Below, piece after piece: positions 46,260-58,241 of a stretch of DNA of 64,000 nucleotides. The stretch spans positions 40,430 to 104,429 of the forward strand of contig JANRJP010000102.1 of assembly GCA_033763905.1 (NCBI GenBank), given 5' to 3'. Under the pieces are notes generated by a model. That model saw only the letters and a program-made list of their open reading frames with translations. It did no database searches and was not told the DNA's origin. The stretch's first letter is position 1. Each line of letters opens with the position of its first letter. The DNA is from Gemmatimonadaceae bacterium. Its GTDB lineage: Bacteria; Gemmatimonadota; Gemmatimonadetes; Gemmatimonadales; Gemmatimonadaceae. The position numbers and the translations under genes are program-made.

Positions 46260-47192
46260 ATGGCACGCTTGTTCAAGTCCGGCGCCAGCCCGCGCCGGTC
46301 GCTCTGGCAGAAGCTCAAGGACGTCGCGCTCGCCGACGTCGGCGCGATGCTGCGCCGCGGCGCGGTCGAAGGCAATCTCGAACAACTCGAAACCCTGCTC
46401 CTCGAGAGCGACTTCGGCGTGCCGGTGACGATGCGGCTGGTCGCCGAGGTCGAGCGACTCGCCAAGCTCGGCAAGGTCAAGACGGACGACGAGTTCCGCC
46501 GCGCCTTAGGCGATGCGATCGCGGCGTCGTTGCGCGCGGGGAACGCGGATCCCGCGCTGCGACTGCCGTCCCCGGGACCGGCGATCATTCTCGTGGTGGG
46601 TATCAACGGCGCCGGCAAGACGACCGCCATCGGCAAGCTCGCGCATCGGCTGCGCGGCGAAGGCAAGCGTGTGCTCGTCGGCGCCGGCGACACGTTCCGC
46701 GCCGGCGCCGTCGATCAACTGCGCGTGTGGGCCGAGCGGACCGGCGCGGACTTTGTGGCGGGGCAGTCGGGGCAGGATCCCGCCGCCGTCGCGTGGGATG
46801 CGGTCGACGCCGCGGTGGCGCGGCAGGTCGATGTGGCGATCATCGACACCGCGGGGCGACTGCACACGAGTGATGCGCTGATGGAGGAACTGCGCAAAGT
46901 GGCGCGCGTGATTCCGAAGCGGTTGCCCGGTGCGCCCCACGAGACACTGCTCGTGCTCGATGGCACGATCGGCCAGAACGCGGTGCAACAAGCCAAGCAG
47001 TTTTCGGCGGCCGTTCCGCTCACCGGCGTCATCGTGAGCAAGCTCGACGGGACGGCTAAGGGTGGTGTCGTCGTGGCGGTGCACGAAGCGGTGAACGTGC
47101 CGGTGAAGTTCGTAGGGGTTGGCGAGGCGGCGACCGACCTGTTGCCGTTCGACGCCGCGACCTACGCGGCGGATCTCGTCGCCGACGACTGA
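46260..47192 (+). CDS. ftsY: Signal recognition particle receptor FtsY
   Basis: GINGAGKTT, DTFRAGA, DTAGR, DGTIGQN, KLDGTAKGG. Confidence 0.96.
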   Translation: MARLFKSGASPRRSLWQKLKDVALADVGAMLRRGAVEGNLEQLETLLLESDFGVPVTMRLVAEVERLAKLGKVKTDDEFRRALGDAIAASLRAGNADPALRLPSPGPAIILVVGINGAGKTTAIGKLAHRLRGEGKRVLVGAGDTFRAGAVDQLRVWAERTGADFVAGQSGQDPAAVAWDAVDAAVARQVDVAIIDTAGRLHTSDALMEELRKVARVIPKRLPGAPHETLLVLDGTIGQNAVQQAKQFSAAVPLTGVIVSKLDGTAKGGVVVAVHEAVNVPVKFVGVGEAATDLLPFDAATYAADLVADD

Positions 47193-47200
47193 CGGGCGTC

Positions 47201-49297
47201 GTGCCGCCGCGCCATCAGGCCGCCGCCACGCCGCGGGTCACCCTCGAAACCGAGGTCACCTACCTCAAGGGCGTGGGGCCGGTCCGTGCGCAGGCGCTCG
47301 CACGGCTCGGTGTGCGCACCGCGGGCGATCTGTTGCGGCACATTCCGCATCGCTACGAAGACGCAAGCACCGTGGCCCCCATCTCGTCGTTGCAGCCCGG
47401 GATGGACGTCACCGTGCTCGGGCGCGTGATCTCGAAGGGCATTCTCCCGACGCGCAAAGGCCTCCGCGTGTTCTCGGCGGTGCTGCAGGACGCCAGCGGG
47501 ATGATCGAAGCCTCGTGGCCGGGCCAGTCGTTTCTCGATCGGACGATTCAGAAGGGCGATCTGCTGCTCGCGACCGGGCCGGTGAAGTTCTACCACGGGC
47601 GTCAGCTCGCGCCGCGCGAGTTCGTGAATCTCGGCGCCGACGACGAAGGCACAGGCGGCGGCCGCGTCCTCGCCGTGTATCCCGCCACCGATGGCTTGTC
47701 GTTCAAGGTCATTCGTGCGCTCATCGAGCGGCATCTGCCGGCGCTGCTGCCGCTGGTGCACGAGTACCTGCCACCCGCGGTGCTGGCCGCAGGCGGGGTG
47801 CCCCCACTCCCCGAGGCGCTGCGGATGGTGCATCGCCCGTCGAGCGTGGCCGAGGCGCTGGCCGGTCGAGCACGACTCGCATTCGAAGAACTGCTGTTCG
47901 TGCAGTTGTTGCATCGGCGAGCGCGCGAACTCGCCCGCACCCCGCGCGACGGCATTGCGTTCGAGAACCGACGCCAACTGACCGCCCAGCTCAAGAGTGC
48001 GCTGCCCTTCGAGCTGACCGGGGCGCAGGTACGGGCCGTGCGCGAGATCGTCGCCGATATGACAAGCTCGCGCCGGATGCATCGCCTGTTGCAGGGGGAT
48101 GTCGGAAGCGGCAAAACCGTTGTTGGGCTCTTCGCTGCGCTCGTCGCAATGGAGAACGGCTATCAGGTGGCGTTTATGGCGCCGACGGAGCTGCTGGCCG
48201 AACAGCACGCGCGGACGTTCACGCGGCTGCTGGCGCCCCTTGGTATCGTCCCCGCGCTCTTGACTGGTTCGCTTGGCGCCGCGGAGCGTCGCGCGGTGGC
48301 GTCGCGGATGGAGAGTCACGAACCGGTGCTGGTCGTGGGCACCCACGCGCTGGTCTCGGAGCGCGCGGCGTTCGCGCGGCTCGGGCTCGTCGTGGTGGAC
48401 GAGCAGCATCGCTTCGGCGTGGAGCAGCGTGCCGCGCTCGGCGCCAAGGGCGCGAGTCCCGATGTGCTGCTGATGAGCGCGACGCCGATTCCACGATCGC
48501 TGGCGTTGACGCTGTACGGCGATCTCGACCTGACCATTCTCGACGAGCGCCCCCCGGGTCGCCAACCGATTACCACGGCGCATCGCGGCGAATCGGGGCG
48601 GGCGCGCCTGATGGATTTCATCCGGCGTCAGGTGGCCGACGGTCGCCAGGCGTACATCGTGTATCCGGTGATCGAGGAGAGCGAAAAGACCGATCTCAAG
48701 GCGGCCACGACGATGTACGAGCAGCTCGTCGACGGTCCGCTGGCGGGCCTGCGTCTGGCGCTGCTGCACGGGCGGCTCAAGGGCGACGAGAAGGACGCGG
48801 TGATGCGCCGCTTCTTGGCGCACGAGATCGACGTGCTGGTCGCGACGACCGTGATCGAGGTCGGCATCGATGTGCCGAACGCGTCGGTGATGGTGATCGA
48901 GCACCCGGAGCGATTCGGCCTGTCTCAGCTGCACCAGCTGCGGGGACGAGTCGGTCGCGGTTCGTCACAATCCTATTGCATCCTGCTGGGCAACGTGGGT
49001 AACGAGACCGCACAGCGCTTGCAGGTGTTCCTGGAGAGCGAAGACGGATTCGAGATCGCGAAGGCGGATCTCGAGCAACGCGGGATGGGGGATCTGTTCG
49101 GCGACCGGCAGTCGGGGCTGCCCGGCTTCAAGGTGGCCGACCCTCTGCGGGACGAGACGCTCAATGCGTCGGCTGCGGTTGCGGCCGATGCCTTGCTCTC
49201 GGCGGACCCGACCCTGGATCGCAAGGAACACCTGGGGCTCAAGCGGGTGCTGTTGTCGCAGTACTCACGAGGATTGACGCTCTTTCGGGTGGGGTGA
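47201..49297 (+). CDS. recG: ATP-dependent DNA helicase RecG
   Basis: LKGVGP, QGDVGSGKT, APTELLAEQH, DEQHRFG, MSATPIPR, QLRGRVGR. Confidence 0.96.
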   Translation: MPPRHQAAATPRVTLETEVTYLKGVGPVRAQALARLGVRTAGDLLRHIPHRYEDASTVAPISSLQPGMDVTVLGRVISKGILPTRKGLRVFSAVLQDASGMIEASWPGQSFLDRTIQKGDLLLATGPVKFYHGRQLAPREFVNLGADDEGTGGGRVLAVYPATDGLSFKVIRALIERHLPALLPLVHEYLPPAVLAAGGVPPLPEALRMVHRPSSVAEALAGRARLAFEELLFVQLLHRRARELARTPRDGIAFENRRQLTAQLKSALPFELTGAQVRAVREIVADMTSSRRMHRLLQGDVGSGKTVVGLFAALVAMENGYQVAFMAPTELLAEQHARTFTRLLAPLGIVPALLTGSLGAAERRAVASRMESHEPVLVVGTHALVSERAAFARLGLVVVDEQHRFGVEQRAALGAKGASPDVLLMSATPIPRSLALTLYGDLDLTILDERPPGRQPITTAHRGESGRARLMDFIRRQVADGRQAYIVYPVIEESEKTDLKAATTMYEQLVDGPLAGLRLALLHGRLKGDEKDAVMRRFLAHEIDVLVATTVIEVGIDVPNASVMVIEHPERFGLSQLHQLRGRVGRGSSQSYCILLGNVGNETAQRLQVFLESEDGFEIAKADLEQRGMGDLFGDRQSGLPGFKVADPLRDETLNASAAVAADALLSADPTLDRKEHLGLKRVLLSQYSRGLTLFRVG

Positions 49298-49300
49298 TCG

Positions 49301-50428
49301 GTGCGGTGGTCGACTGTCTGCGGGTGGCGGGCCGGTTGTGTCGCGAGCGTGTTGGCACTGAGCCTGACCTCAGCCGTCGCCTCAGCGCAGCTCGCAGGGG
49401 CGGTGGAGGGGCGCGTGGTGTCGGTCGGCGGGATGCCGCTGCCATATGCGCTCGTCACGCTCCGGCCGGCGAGCGACGACTCGCTGATCGTGCTCACCGA
49501 TGCGCAGGGCAGATTTCGATTTTTGCCGGCAGGTCGGCTGCCGGCGCTGCTCCGCGCGCGCGCGATTGGGCATCGCCCCGACTCGGTGGAGGTGCAGGGC
49601 GGGACGCCTGTCACGCTGACGCTCGCGCTGTTGCCGCGCACGATCGTGCCGACGATCGTCCGCGGCATCCGCTGCACCGATGAGGATCTCAAGAATCGAG
49701 ACCGAGATCCCTCGATGGCCGCATTTCTCGAGCAGGCGCGGCTGAACGCCGAACAGTTCCGCCAGCTGGCGATCCAGGACGACTTCGTGGTCCCCACACG
49801 CCACACGATGCGATTCGCCCTCGAAGGGGGCGATTCGGCGGTCCGCTCGATCGACAGCCTGTCGGGCAGCGCGCTGGCACAGCCGGGGTATCGGCGCGGG
49901 CGCGTGTTGTTTCGCGAGGGGTATGTCCCGCTCCTGCGGCGAGGCGCCTGGTACGTCACGGTGCCGCTGGCCGCAGAAATGGCGTCGCGACGGTTCATCG
50001 CCGAGCACTGTTTCGTGTACGTGGGCGACGATGAGATCAGCGGGCGGCGCGTGCGCAAATTGTTGGTCGCGCCGGCCGAGCGGAACCGTGACCCCGACCT
50101 CGAAGGAGAGCTGTACCTCGACGCCGAGAGCTTCGTGTTGCTTCGCTCGAGTTGGCGTCTGACACGTCTATCGGCGAGTCGCGGGCCGGTCAGTGCGCTC
50201 AGTGTGGACGTGCTGTTCAACCGGAGCCGATCGGGGCTGGTCTTGCCGTTGCAAATGGAGGTCTGGCAGGCGATCAACAGGGACCGCCTGGGCCGCAAGC
50301 GCGTGTTCGAGCGGACCGACAGCTACATCTATGGCGCGCCCGCCTTCGCCCGGGAGGTCGACGAGGCCACGTGGGCACGTTACCAGGCGATCGTCTCGGG
50401 GACTCCCGCCAAGGGTCGCAAGCCGTAG
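49301..50428 (+). CDS. Secreted protein with N-terminal carboxypeptidase-regulatory-like beta domain (paralogue A)
   Basis: Signal peptide, VEGRVV..GG.PLPYALV, TDAQGRFRF, ARAIGH; colinear with next ORF. Confidence 0.7.
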   Translation: MRWSTVCGWRAGCVASVLALSLTSAVASAQLAGAVEGRVVSVGGMPLPYALVTLRPASDDSLIVLTDAQGRFRFLPAGRLPALLRARAIGHRPDSVEVQGGTPVTLTLALLPRTIVPTIVRGIRCTDEDLKNRDRDPSMAAFLEQARLNAEQFRQLAIQDDFVVPTRHTMRFALEGGDSAVRSIDSLSGSALAQPGYRRGRVLFREGYVPLLRRGAWYVTVPLAAEMASRRFIAEHCFVYVGDDEISGRRVRKLLVAPAERNRDPDLEGELYLDAESFVLLRSSWRLTRLSASRGPVSALSVDVLFNRSRSGLVLPLQMEVWQAINRDRLGRKRVFERTDSYIYGAPAFAREVDEATWARYQAIVSGTPAKGRKP

Positions 50429-50437
50429 CATTCGAGG

Positions 50438-51547
50438 GTGCACCAAGGAACGCTGCGCTCGGCGAGCCGCCTCGCCGCCTCGATACTCGTCCTCGCGGCC
50501 GCGGCGCTTCGATCTCCCGACCAGGCTGCGGCGCAGTCGCCGGTCGAGGGCCGCGTGCTCTCGGCGGCTGGCGTGCCGATTCCGTTCGCCCTCGTCACGA
50601 TTCGGCCCGCGCGGGTGGATTCCGCGACGGTGTTGACGGATGTCCAAGGACGCTTCCGCTTTGCCAGCGCCGGTCGCCTGCCCGCGCTGGTCCGCGCACG
50701 CGCAATCGGACATCGGCCCGACTCGGCGACGGTCGCCGGCGACGGGGCGGTAACGCTGACGCTGCAATCGCTGCCCCGCACGATCAATCCGACGGTCGTG
50801 CGCGGCGTGCAGTGTACCGATGCCGACCTCCGATCCGGTCCCGCGGATCCTGCGGTCGCGGCCCTGCTGGAGCAGGCGCGCCTGAACGCGGAGCAGTTCC
50901 ATCAACTGGCGATGCAGAGTGAGTTCGTGATTCCCACGAGCCACACCGTGCAGATCACCCTCGAAGGGGGCGACACCGTCTCGTACACGCGCGACAGCCT
51001 CTCGGGTACCTCGCTGGCACAGCCGGTGTATCGGCGGGGCGAGGTGCTGACGCGTCGGGGCGGCCGATGGTACGCGTCGATTCCGCTGGCGGCGGAGCTG
51101 GCGTCTCAGGCGTTCATCGACTCGCACTGCTTCGTGTACGGGGGCGACGACGAGGTGTCGGGCCGACCGGTGCGCAAGCTGCTGGTGGCTCCAAGTGATG
51201 CCAACACGAATCCCGACCTGGAGGGTGAGCTGTATCTCGATGCCGAGACCTACGTCGTGGTGCGCTCGACGTGGCGGATGACCCGACTGTCTCCCGTCCG
51301 CGGGCCGTCCAGCGCTCTCGATGTGGACATCTTCTTCGCCCGCAGTCGGTCGGGGCTGATTCTGCCGTTGGAGATGCGGGTCTCGCAGCTGCTGAACAAG
51401 GTCCGCGTGCAGCGGGAGCGTGTCAGCGGTCGGATCGACGTCTACCTCTACGGCGAACCGGCCTTCGCCCGCGACGTCGATGCCGACACCTGGGCGAAGT
51501 ACTCGGCCCTGGTCGGCGGGGCCCCCGTCCGACCGCCGAGGCAGTAG
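50438..51547 (+). CDS. Secreted protein with N-terminal carboxypeptidase-regulatory-like beta domain (paralogue B)
   Basis: Signal peptide, VEGRVL..AG.PIPFALV, TDVQGRFRF, RARAIGHRPDS, HCFVY.GDDE, PDLEGELYLDAE shared with paralogue A. Confidence 0.7.
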   Translation: MHQGTLRSASRLAASILVLAAAALRSPDQAAAQSPVEGRVLSAAGVPIPFALVTIRPARVDSATVLTDVQGRFRFASAGRLPALVRARAIGHRPDSATVAGDGAVTLTLQSLPRTINPTVVRGVQCTDADLRSGPADPAVAALLEQARLNAEQFHQLAMQSEFVIPTSHTVQITLEGGDTVSYTRDSLSGTSLAQPVYRRGEVLTRRGGRWYASIPLAAELASQAFIDSHCFVYGGDDEVSGRPVRKLLVAPSDANTNPDLEGELYLDAETYVVVRSTWRMTRLSPVRGPSSALDVDIFFARSRSGLILPLEMRVSQLLNKVRVQRERVSGRIDVYLYGEPAFARDVDADTWAKYSALVGGAPVRPPRQ

Positions 51548-51595
51548 CTTTCACGACTGCGCCGGCACGACGCCGGCCGCCCGTCCTGCGAACGT

Positions 51596-52893
<1,298 letters not shown>

Positions 52894-52897
<4 letters not shown>

Positions 52898-53847
52898 GCC
52901 TCGTGCGGAATCCCGGGGAGTCGCTGGATCTGTCGGCGGTTCGGGCAATTCGCGTGAACAAGAGCGCCGCCGAGCGTCGCGCGGCGACGCTCCCGGCACG
53001 GCGCACGGTCAAGAAGCAGTATCAGGCCGCGTGGTTGCTCAAGGCCATCACCCTGATGGATCTCACGACGCTGCAGGGCGACGATACGCCGTCCAACGTC
53101 CGCCGCCTCTGCGCCAAGGCGCGGCAGCCCGTGCGTCCGGACCTGCTGGACGCGCTGGGCGCGACCGCGTTGCCCATTCGCACCGGCGCGGTGTGCGTGT
53201 ATCACCCCTTCGTCGCAACCGCCGTCGAGGCGCTGCAGGGTAGCGGCATCCCGGTCGCGGCGGTGAGCACCGCGTTTCCGGCGGGTCTGGCGCCGATGCC
53301 CACGCGGTTGGCGGAAGTGCGCGCCAGCGTTGCCGACGGCGCGGCCGAGATCGATATGGTCATCACGCGCGGGCTGGTGCTGCGCGGCGAGTGGCAGGCG
53401 CTGTACGACGAAGTGGCCGCGGTGCGCGAGGCCTGTGGGGACGCGCACCTCAAGGTCATTCTCGGCACCGGCGAACTCGCGACGCTCACGAATGTCGCGC
53501 GCGCCAGTTGGGTCGCGATGCAGGCCGGCGCCGACTTCATCAAGACGTCCACCGGCAAGGAGTCGGTGAATGCCACGCTGCCGGTGTCGCTGGCGATGGT
53601 GCGTATGATTCGCGCGTATCGCGAGCGCACCGGCGTGCTGATCGGGTACAAGCCGGCGGGTGGCATTCGGACCGCCAAGCAGTCGCTCGACTATTTGATC
53701 CTGATGAAGGAGGAACTCGGAGACCGCTGGTTGTCGCCCGATCTCTTCCGCTTCGGGGCCAGCTCGCTGCTCACCGACGTCGAGCGCCAGTTGGAGCACT
53801 TCGTGACCGGGCGGTATGCTGCCGCCCACCATATGCCGATGCCGTGA
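52894..53847 (+). CDS. deoC: Deoxyribose-phosphate aldolase
   Basis: DLTTL.GDDT, AVCVY, EIDMVI, HLKVIL, DFIKTSTGK, KPAGGI, FRFGASSLL. Confidence 0.93.
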
Positions 53848-53863
53848 GCCAGGAGCCCCGCGC

Positions 53864-56290
53864 GTGACCACCGTCGCCGACATCTTCTCCACGATGGCCT
53901 ACGGCCCGGCGCCCGAGGGCGATGCCGAGGCGCAGGCTTGGCTCGAGCGCCATCGCCGCCGCTTCGGGCACTTCATCAACGGGGCCTTTACCGCGCCGGG
54001 CAAGGCGCCCTTCGCGGTGTACAATCCGGCGACCGGGGCGGAGCTCGCGCGCGTGGCGCAGGGCACGACGGGAGATGTCGATGCCGCCGTGCGCGCTGCC
54101 ACCGCCGCGCTCCGCGATTGGCAGGCCCTCAGTGGGCACGAGCGCGCGCGGCACCTGTACGCCCTGGCGCGCACGGTGCAGCGGCACAGCCGCTTGTTGG
54201 CCGTGGTCGAAGCGCTCGACAACGGAAAGTCGATTCGCGAGACGCGCGATCTCGATATCCCGCTCGTGGCGCGGCACTTCTATCACCACGCGGGTTGGGC
54301 GCAGCTGCGCGACGCCGAGTTCCCCGGCTACGACGGCGTGGGCGTCGTCGGCCAGGTGATCCCGTGGAACTTCCCGCTGCTGATGTTGGCGTGGAAGGTT
54401 GCGCCCGCACTGGCCGCGGGGTGCACGGTGGTGCTCAAGCCCGCCGAGTACACGCCGCTGACCGCGCTCTGCTTCGCCGAGTTGGCACACGAGGCCGGCT
54501 TGCCCCCGGGGGTGCTCAACATCGTTACGGGCGACGGGGCGACCGGCGCGGCGGTGGTGGCGCACGACGGCATCCACAAGGTGGCGTTCACCGGCTCCAC
54601 CGACGTCGGGCGCATCATTCGCAAGGCGACGGCGGGTTCGGGCAAGAAGCTCACGCTCGAGCTGGGCGGGAAGTCTCCCTTCCTCGTCTACGAGGATGCC
54701 GATCTCGACGCCGCGGTCGAAGGCGTCGTCGATGCGATCTGGTTCAATCAGGGGCAGGTCTGCTGTGCGGGCTCGCGCCTGCTGGTGCAGGAAAGCGTGC
54801 ACGACGTGCTCGTGGCCAAGCTGCGCGCGCGAATGGAAACTCTGCGCGTGGGGTCGCCCCTCGACAAGGCGGTCGATATGGGCGCGATCGTCGACCCGGT
54901 GCAGCGCGATCGCATTGCGGGGCTGGTCGCACAGGGCGAGGCGCAGGGCGCCACGCCCTGGACGCCGTCCTGGGCGGTGCCGGCCGAGGGCTGCTACTAC
55001 CCGCCGACGCTGTTCACGAACGTCGAGTCGTCGAACATCATCGCGCGCGAAGAGATCTTCGGACCGGTGCTCGTGACGATGCCGTTCCGTACGCCCGCCG
55101 AGAGCGTCGCGCTGGCGAACAACACGCCGTTCGGCCTCGCGGCGAGCGTGTGGTCCGAGAACATCAATCTCGCGCTGGACATTGCGCCCAAGCTCAAGGC
55201 CGGCGTGGTGTGGATCAACGGCACGAACCTCTTCGACGCGGCCGCGGGCTTTGGCGGCTATCGCGAATCGGGCTACGGCCGCGAAGGCGGGCGTGAGGGG
55301 ATGTACGAGTATCTCGTCGCGTCGTCGGAGCGGGAGCACCGCAGCGCGGCGCGGGCGGCGGCAGCGACTCGCGGAACCGCGCGGGCGCGCAGCGCCCGCT
55401 CCGCAGCGGCGTCACTGACGCGACCCGAGCCCACGCTGGTTGCGGCGGTGGATCGGACCGCGAAGCTGTTCATTGGCGGCAAGCAGGCGCGTCCCGATGG
55501 CGGATACTCGCGCGTCGTGACCGATCCGCGCGGGGCGCGCATCGGCGAGGTCGGGGAGGGCAACCGCAAGGACATCCGCAACGCCGTCGAAGCGGCCCAC
55601 GCGGCCGCCGCGGGTTGGGCGGGGGCGAGCGCCCACCTGCGCGCGCAGATCCTGTACTACCTCGGCGAAAACCTCGATGCACGGCGCGAGGAGTTCGCGG
55701 CGCGCATCCGCGCGATGACCGGCACCACGGCCGCCGACGCGCTGCACGAAGTGCGCTTGAGCGTCGAACGGCTGTTCACCTACGCCGCGTGGGCCGACAA
55801 GCACGATGGCGCGATTCATCACGTGCCGATTCGCGGGGTCGCGCTCGCGTTTCACGAACCCATCGGCGTGGTGGGCGTGGCCGCGCCGTCCGACTGCCCG
55901 CTGCTGGGTCTCGTGTCGATGGTCGCGCCGCTCATCGCCAGTGGAAACACGATCGTCGTGGTGCCGAGCGAGCGTCACCCGTTGTCGGCCACCGACCTGT
56001 ATCAGGTCCTCGAAACCAGCGATCTGCCGTCGGGAGTCGTGAACATCGTCACCGGCGCGCGCGATGCGCTCGTGAAGGTGCTCGCCGAGCACGACGACGT
56101 GGATGCCGTGTGGTACCACGGCTCGCACGACGGCGCGACGATGGTCGAGGCCGCGAGCGCGGGAAACCTCAAGCGCACGTGGGCGCGCTGGTGGCCGGTC
56201 GACTGGATGCTCCCCGAGCAGGGGGAGGGGCGCGAGTACCTGCGGCAGTCCGTGCAGGTGAAGAACGTCTGGATTCCCTGGGGCGAGTAA
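53864..56290 (+). CDS. Two-domain aldehyde dehydrogenase (ALDH16-like)
   Basis: PWNFPL, FTGST, LELGGKSP, QVCCAGSR (catalytic Cys), EEIFGP, then a second truncated ALDH Rossmann domain; AGGAG RBS. Confidence 0.9.
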   Translation: MTTVADIFSTMAYGPAPEGDAEAQAWLERHRRRFGHFINGAFTAPGKAPFAVYNPATGAELARVAQGTTGDVDAAVRAATAALRDWQALSGHERARHLYALARTVQRHSRLLAVVEALDNGKSIRETRDLDIPLVARHFYHHAGWAQLRDAEFPGYDGVGVVGQVIPWNFPLLMLAWKVAPALAAGCTVVLKPAEYTPLTALCFAELAHEAGLPPGVLNIVTGDGATGAAVVAHDGIHKVAFTGSTDVGRIIRKATAGSGKKLTLELGGKSPFLVYEDADLDAAVEGVVDAIWFNQGQVCCAGSRLLVQESVHDVLVAKLRARMETLRVGSPLDKAVDMGAIVDPVQRDRIAGLVAQGEAQGATPWTPSWAVPAEGCYYPPTLFTNVESSNIIAREEIFGPVLVTMPFRTPAESVALANNTPFGLAASVWSENINLALDIAPKLKAGVVWINGTNLFDAAAGFGGYRESGYGREGGREGMYEYLVASSEREHRSAARAAAATRGTARARSARSAAASLTRPEPTLVAAVDRTAKLFIGGKQARPDGGYSRVVTDPRGARIGEVGEGNRKDIRNAVEAAHAAAAGWAGASAHLRAQILYYLGENLDARREEFAARIRAMTGTTAADALHEVRLSVERLFTYAAWADKHDGAIHHVPIRGVALAFHEPIGVVGVAAPSDCPLLGLVSMVAPLIASGNTIVVVPSERHPLSATDLYQVLETSDLPSGVVNIVTGARDALVKVLAEHDDVDAVWYHGSHDGATMVEAASAGNLKRTWARWWPVDWMLPEQGEGREYLRQSVQVKNVWIPWGE

Positions 56291-56308
56291 GCCCCGGGGA
56301 CCCGGCGC

Positions 56309-57100
56309 TCACTCGCCGCGTTTCACGGTTTCCCAGAGCACATCGAGTTCCTCGACGCTGAGTGCGCGCAGGTCCAGCCCACGCGCCTTGGCCAGCGCCA
56401 TGACGCCATCGAGCCGCCCGACGAACTTGCCGTTCGCGCGGTCCAACGCGTTCGAGGCGTGCACGCCGGCTTTGCGACACAGGTTGACCACGGCGAAGAG
56501 CAGGTCGCCGAGCTCGGCCTCGAGCCGCGCGTGCTGCGCGTCGTACACGGGGGCGCCGGTCGGTCCACTGGTCGGTGGCGACGCGCTGAGCTCGGCCTCG
56601 ACTTCGGCGATCTCTTCCCGGACTTTGGCCGCGGGGCCGTGGACGTCGGGCCAGTCGAAGCCGTAGCCGCTCGCCCGGTCCTGCAATCGGTGCGCCCGAT
56701 GCAGGGCAGGTAGCTCCACCGGCAGCCCATCGGCGACGGAGCGCCGCTCGGCCTTCGTCGCTTTCATCGCCTCCCAACTCTGGCGTTCGCCGCCCTCGTA
56801 CAGGTGCGGATGCCGAGCGCGCATCTTGGCAATCAGACCGTTCGACACGTCCTGCAGCGAGAACGCGCCGCGCTCCTCCGCGATGACGCTGTGAAACAGC
56901 ACCTGAAGCAGCAGATCGCCAAGCTCTTCGCGCAAGGCGCGGTCGTCCCCGGCCCGCAGCGCATCGTCCACCTCGTGCGCTTCCTCGACGAGGTAGGGTC
57001 GCAAGGATTGATGCGTCTGGGCGGCGTCCCATTCGCAGCGGGCGCGCAAATCGCGCATCAGCGCGAGCGCGTCGTCGAGTGGTGGGGTCGATTCGGACAT
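56309..57100 (-). CDS. mazG: Nucleoside triphosphate pyrophosphohydrolase MazG
   Basis: C.WD..QTH.SL..YLVEE..E, EELGDLLLQVLFH, GFDW, ELGDLLFAVVN (tandem MazG domains). Confidence 0.95.
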   Translation of the reverse strand: MSESTPPLDDALALMRDLRARCEWDAAQTHQSLRPYLVEEAHEVDDALRAGDDRALREELGDLLLQVLFHSVIAEERGAFSLQDVSNGLIAKMRARHPHLYEGGERQSWEAMKATKAERRSVADGLPVELPALHRAHRLQDRASGYGFDWPDVHGPAAKVREEIAEVEAELSASPPTSGPTGAPVYDAQHARLEAELGDLLFAVVNLCRKAGVHASNALDRANGKFVGRLDGVMALAKARGLDLRALSVEELDVLWETVKRGE

Positions 57101-57152
57101 CCGTCGAATATCGCTCGCTGTCCTAGCCCTGTCCGCTGGCTAGTTTTCAGGG

Positions 57153-58241
57153 ATGTCCTTCGACGCGCCGGCCTGGGTTGAAATCGATGTGGCGGCCCTC
57201 CGGCGCAACGCCGAGCGGCTGATGGCCCACACCGGCCGCCCGCTGGCGCCCGTCCTCAAGGCCAACGCCTACGGCCTCGGTGCCGTCCCGGTGGCGGCCG
57301 CGCTCGAACCCCTGGCGCCGTGGGGGTACTGCGTGGCGACGCTGGACGAGGCGGCGCAACTGCGACACGGCGGTGTGTCGCGTCCGGTCCTCGTGTGCCC
57401 GCCGCTTGACGAACCGCAGCTCGCGGACGCGGTGGCGCTCGGCGTGCGGCCGGCGATCGGTCGGCTCGAGTTGCTCGAGGCGTGGCGGCGCGCGGGCGGC
57501 GGCCCCTGGCACTTGGCCGTGGATACCGGAATGCTCCGCGCGGGGGCCCGATGGGATCGGCTCCACGGGTGGCGCAACGCCCTGCGCGAGGCGCCGCCGG
57601 AAGGCGCGTTCACGCACTTCCACTCCGCCGATGTTGCCGACGACACGATGGCCGATCAGGAGCATCGTTTCGCGGCGGCGTTGGCCGAGATGCCGGCCCG
57701 ACCGGCGCTGGTCCACACCGACAACAGCGCGGCCGCCGCGCGACGGTCCCCGGGGACGGCCAGGGGCAGCTTCAGTCGCACGGGGCTGTTCCTGTACGGC
57801 GTGGGCACCGGCCCTACGGCGCAGCTCACGCCCGAGCCGGTGGTGTCGCTTCGTGCCCGGATCGTCGAGATCCACGAGGCCGCGGCCGGCGACACGGTGG
57901 GCTACGCCGGGGCGTGGACGGCATCCGGCCCGCGGCGGATCGCGACCGTGCCGGTGGGGTACGCAGACGGCTACCGACGCAGCCTCGGCAATCGGGGGGT
58001 GGCGTTGCTGCGCGGGCACGAGGTTCCCATTGCGGGATGGGTGACGATGGATATGACGATGCTCGATGTCACGGCGGCCGAGGGGAAGGTCGGTGACGTG
58101 GTGACGCTGATCGGCCGTGACGCCGAGACCGCAGGGACTGGCTTGGGCATCGAGCGTCTCGCGTCGCTGGCCGAGTGCTCACCCTACGAGCTGCTGGTGT
58201 CGCTGGCCCTTCGGCTTCCGCGGCGCGTGGTGTCGACGTGA
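57153..58241 (+). CDS. alr: Alanine racemase
   Basis: VLKANAYGLG (PLP Lys), VDTGM.R.G, FTHF..AD, VGYADG, VTMDMTM, PYEL. Confidence 0.92.
   Translation: MSFDAPAWVEIDVAALRRNAERLMAHTGRPLAPVLKANAYGLGAVPVAAALEPLAPWGYCVATLDEAAQLRHGGVSRPVLVCPPLDEPQLADAVALGVRPAIGRLELLEAWRRAGGGPWHLAVDTGMLRAGARWDRLHGWRNALREAPPEGAFTHFHSADVADDTMADQEHRFAAALAEMPARPALVHTDNSAAAARRSPGTARGSFSRTGLFLYGVGTGPTAQLTPEPVVSLRARIVEIHEAAAGDTVGYAGAWTASGPRRIATVPVGYADGYRRSLGNRGVALLRGHEVPIAGWVTMDMTMLDVTAAEGKVGDVVTLIGRDAETAGTGLGIERLASLAECSPYELLVSLALRLPRRVVST

Noticed and set aside
56291..56308. Bidirectional terminator between ALDH and mazG
   Set aside because: Only a 5-bp stem (CCGGG/CCCGG) with a 2-nt loop and no U-tract
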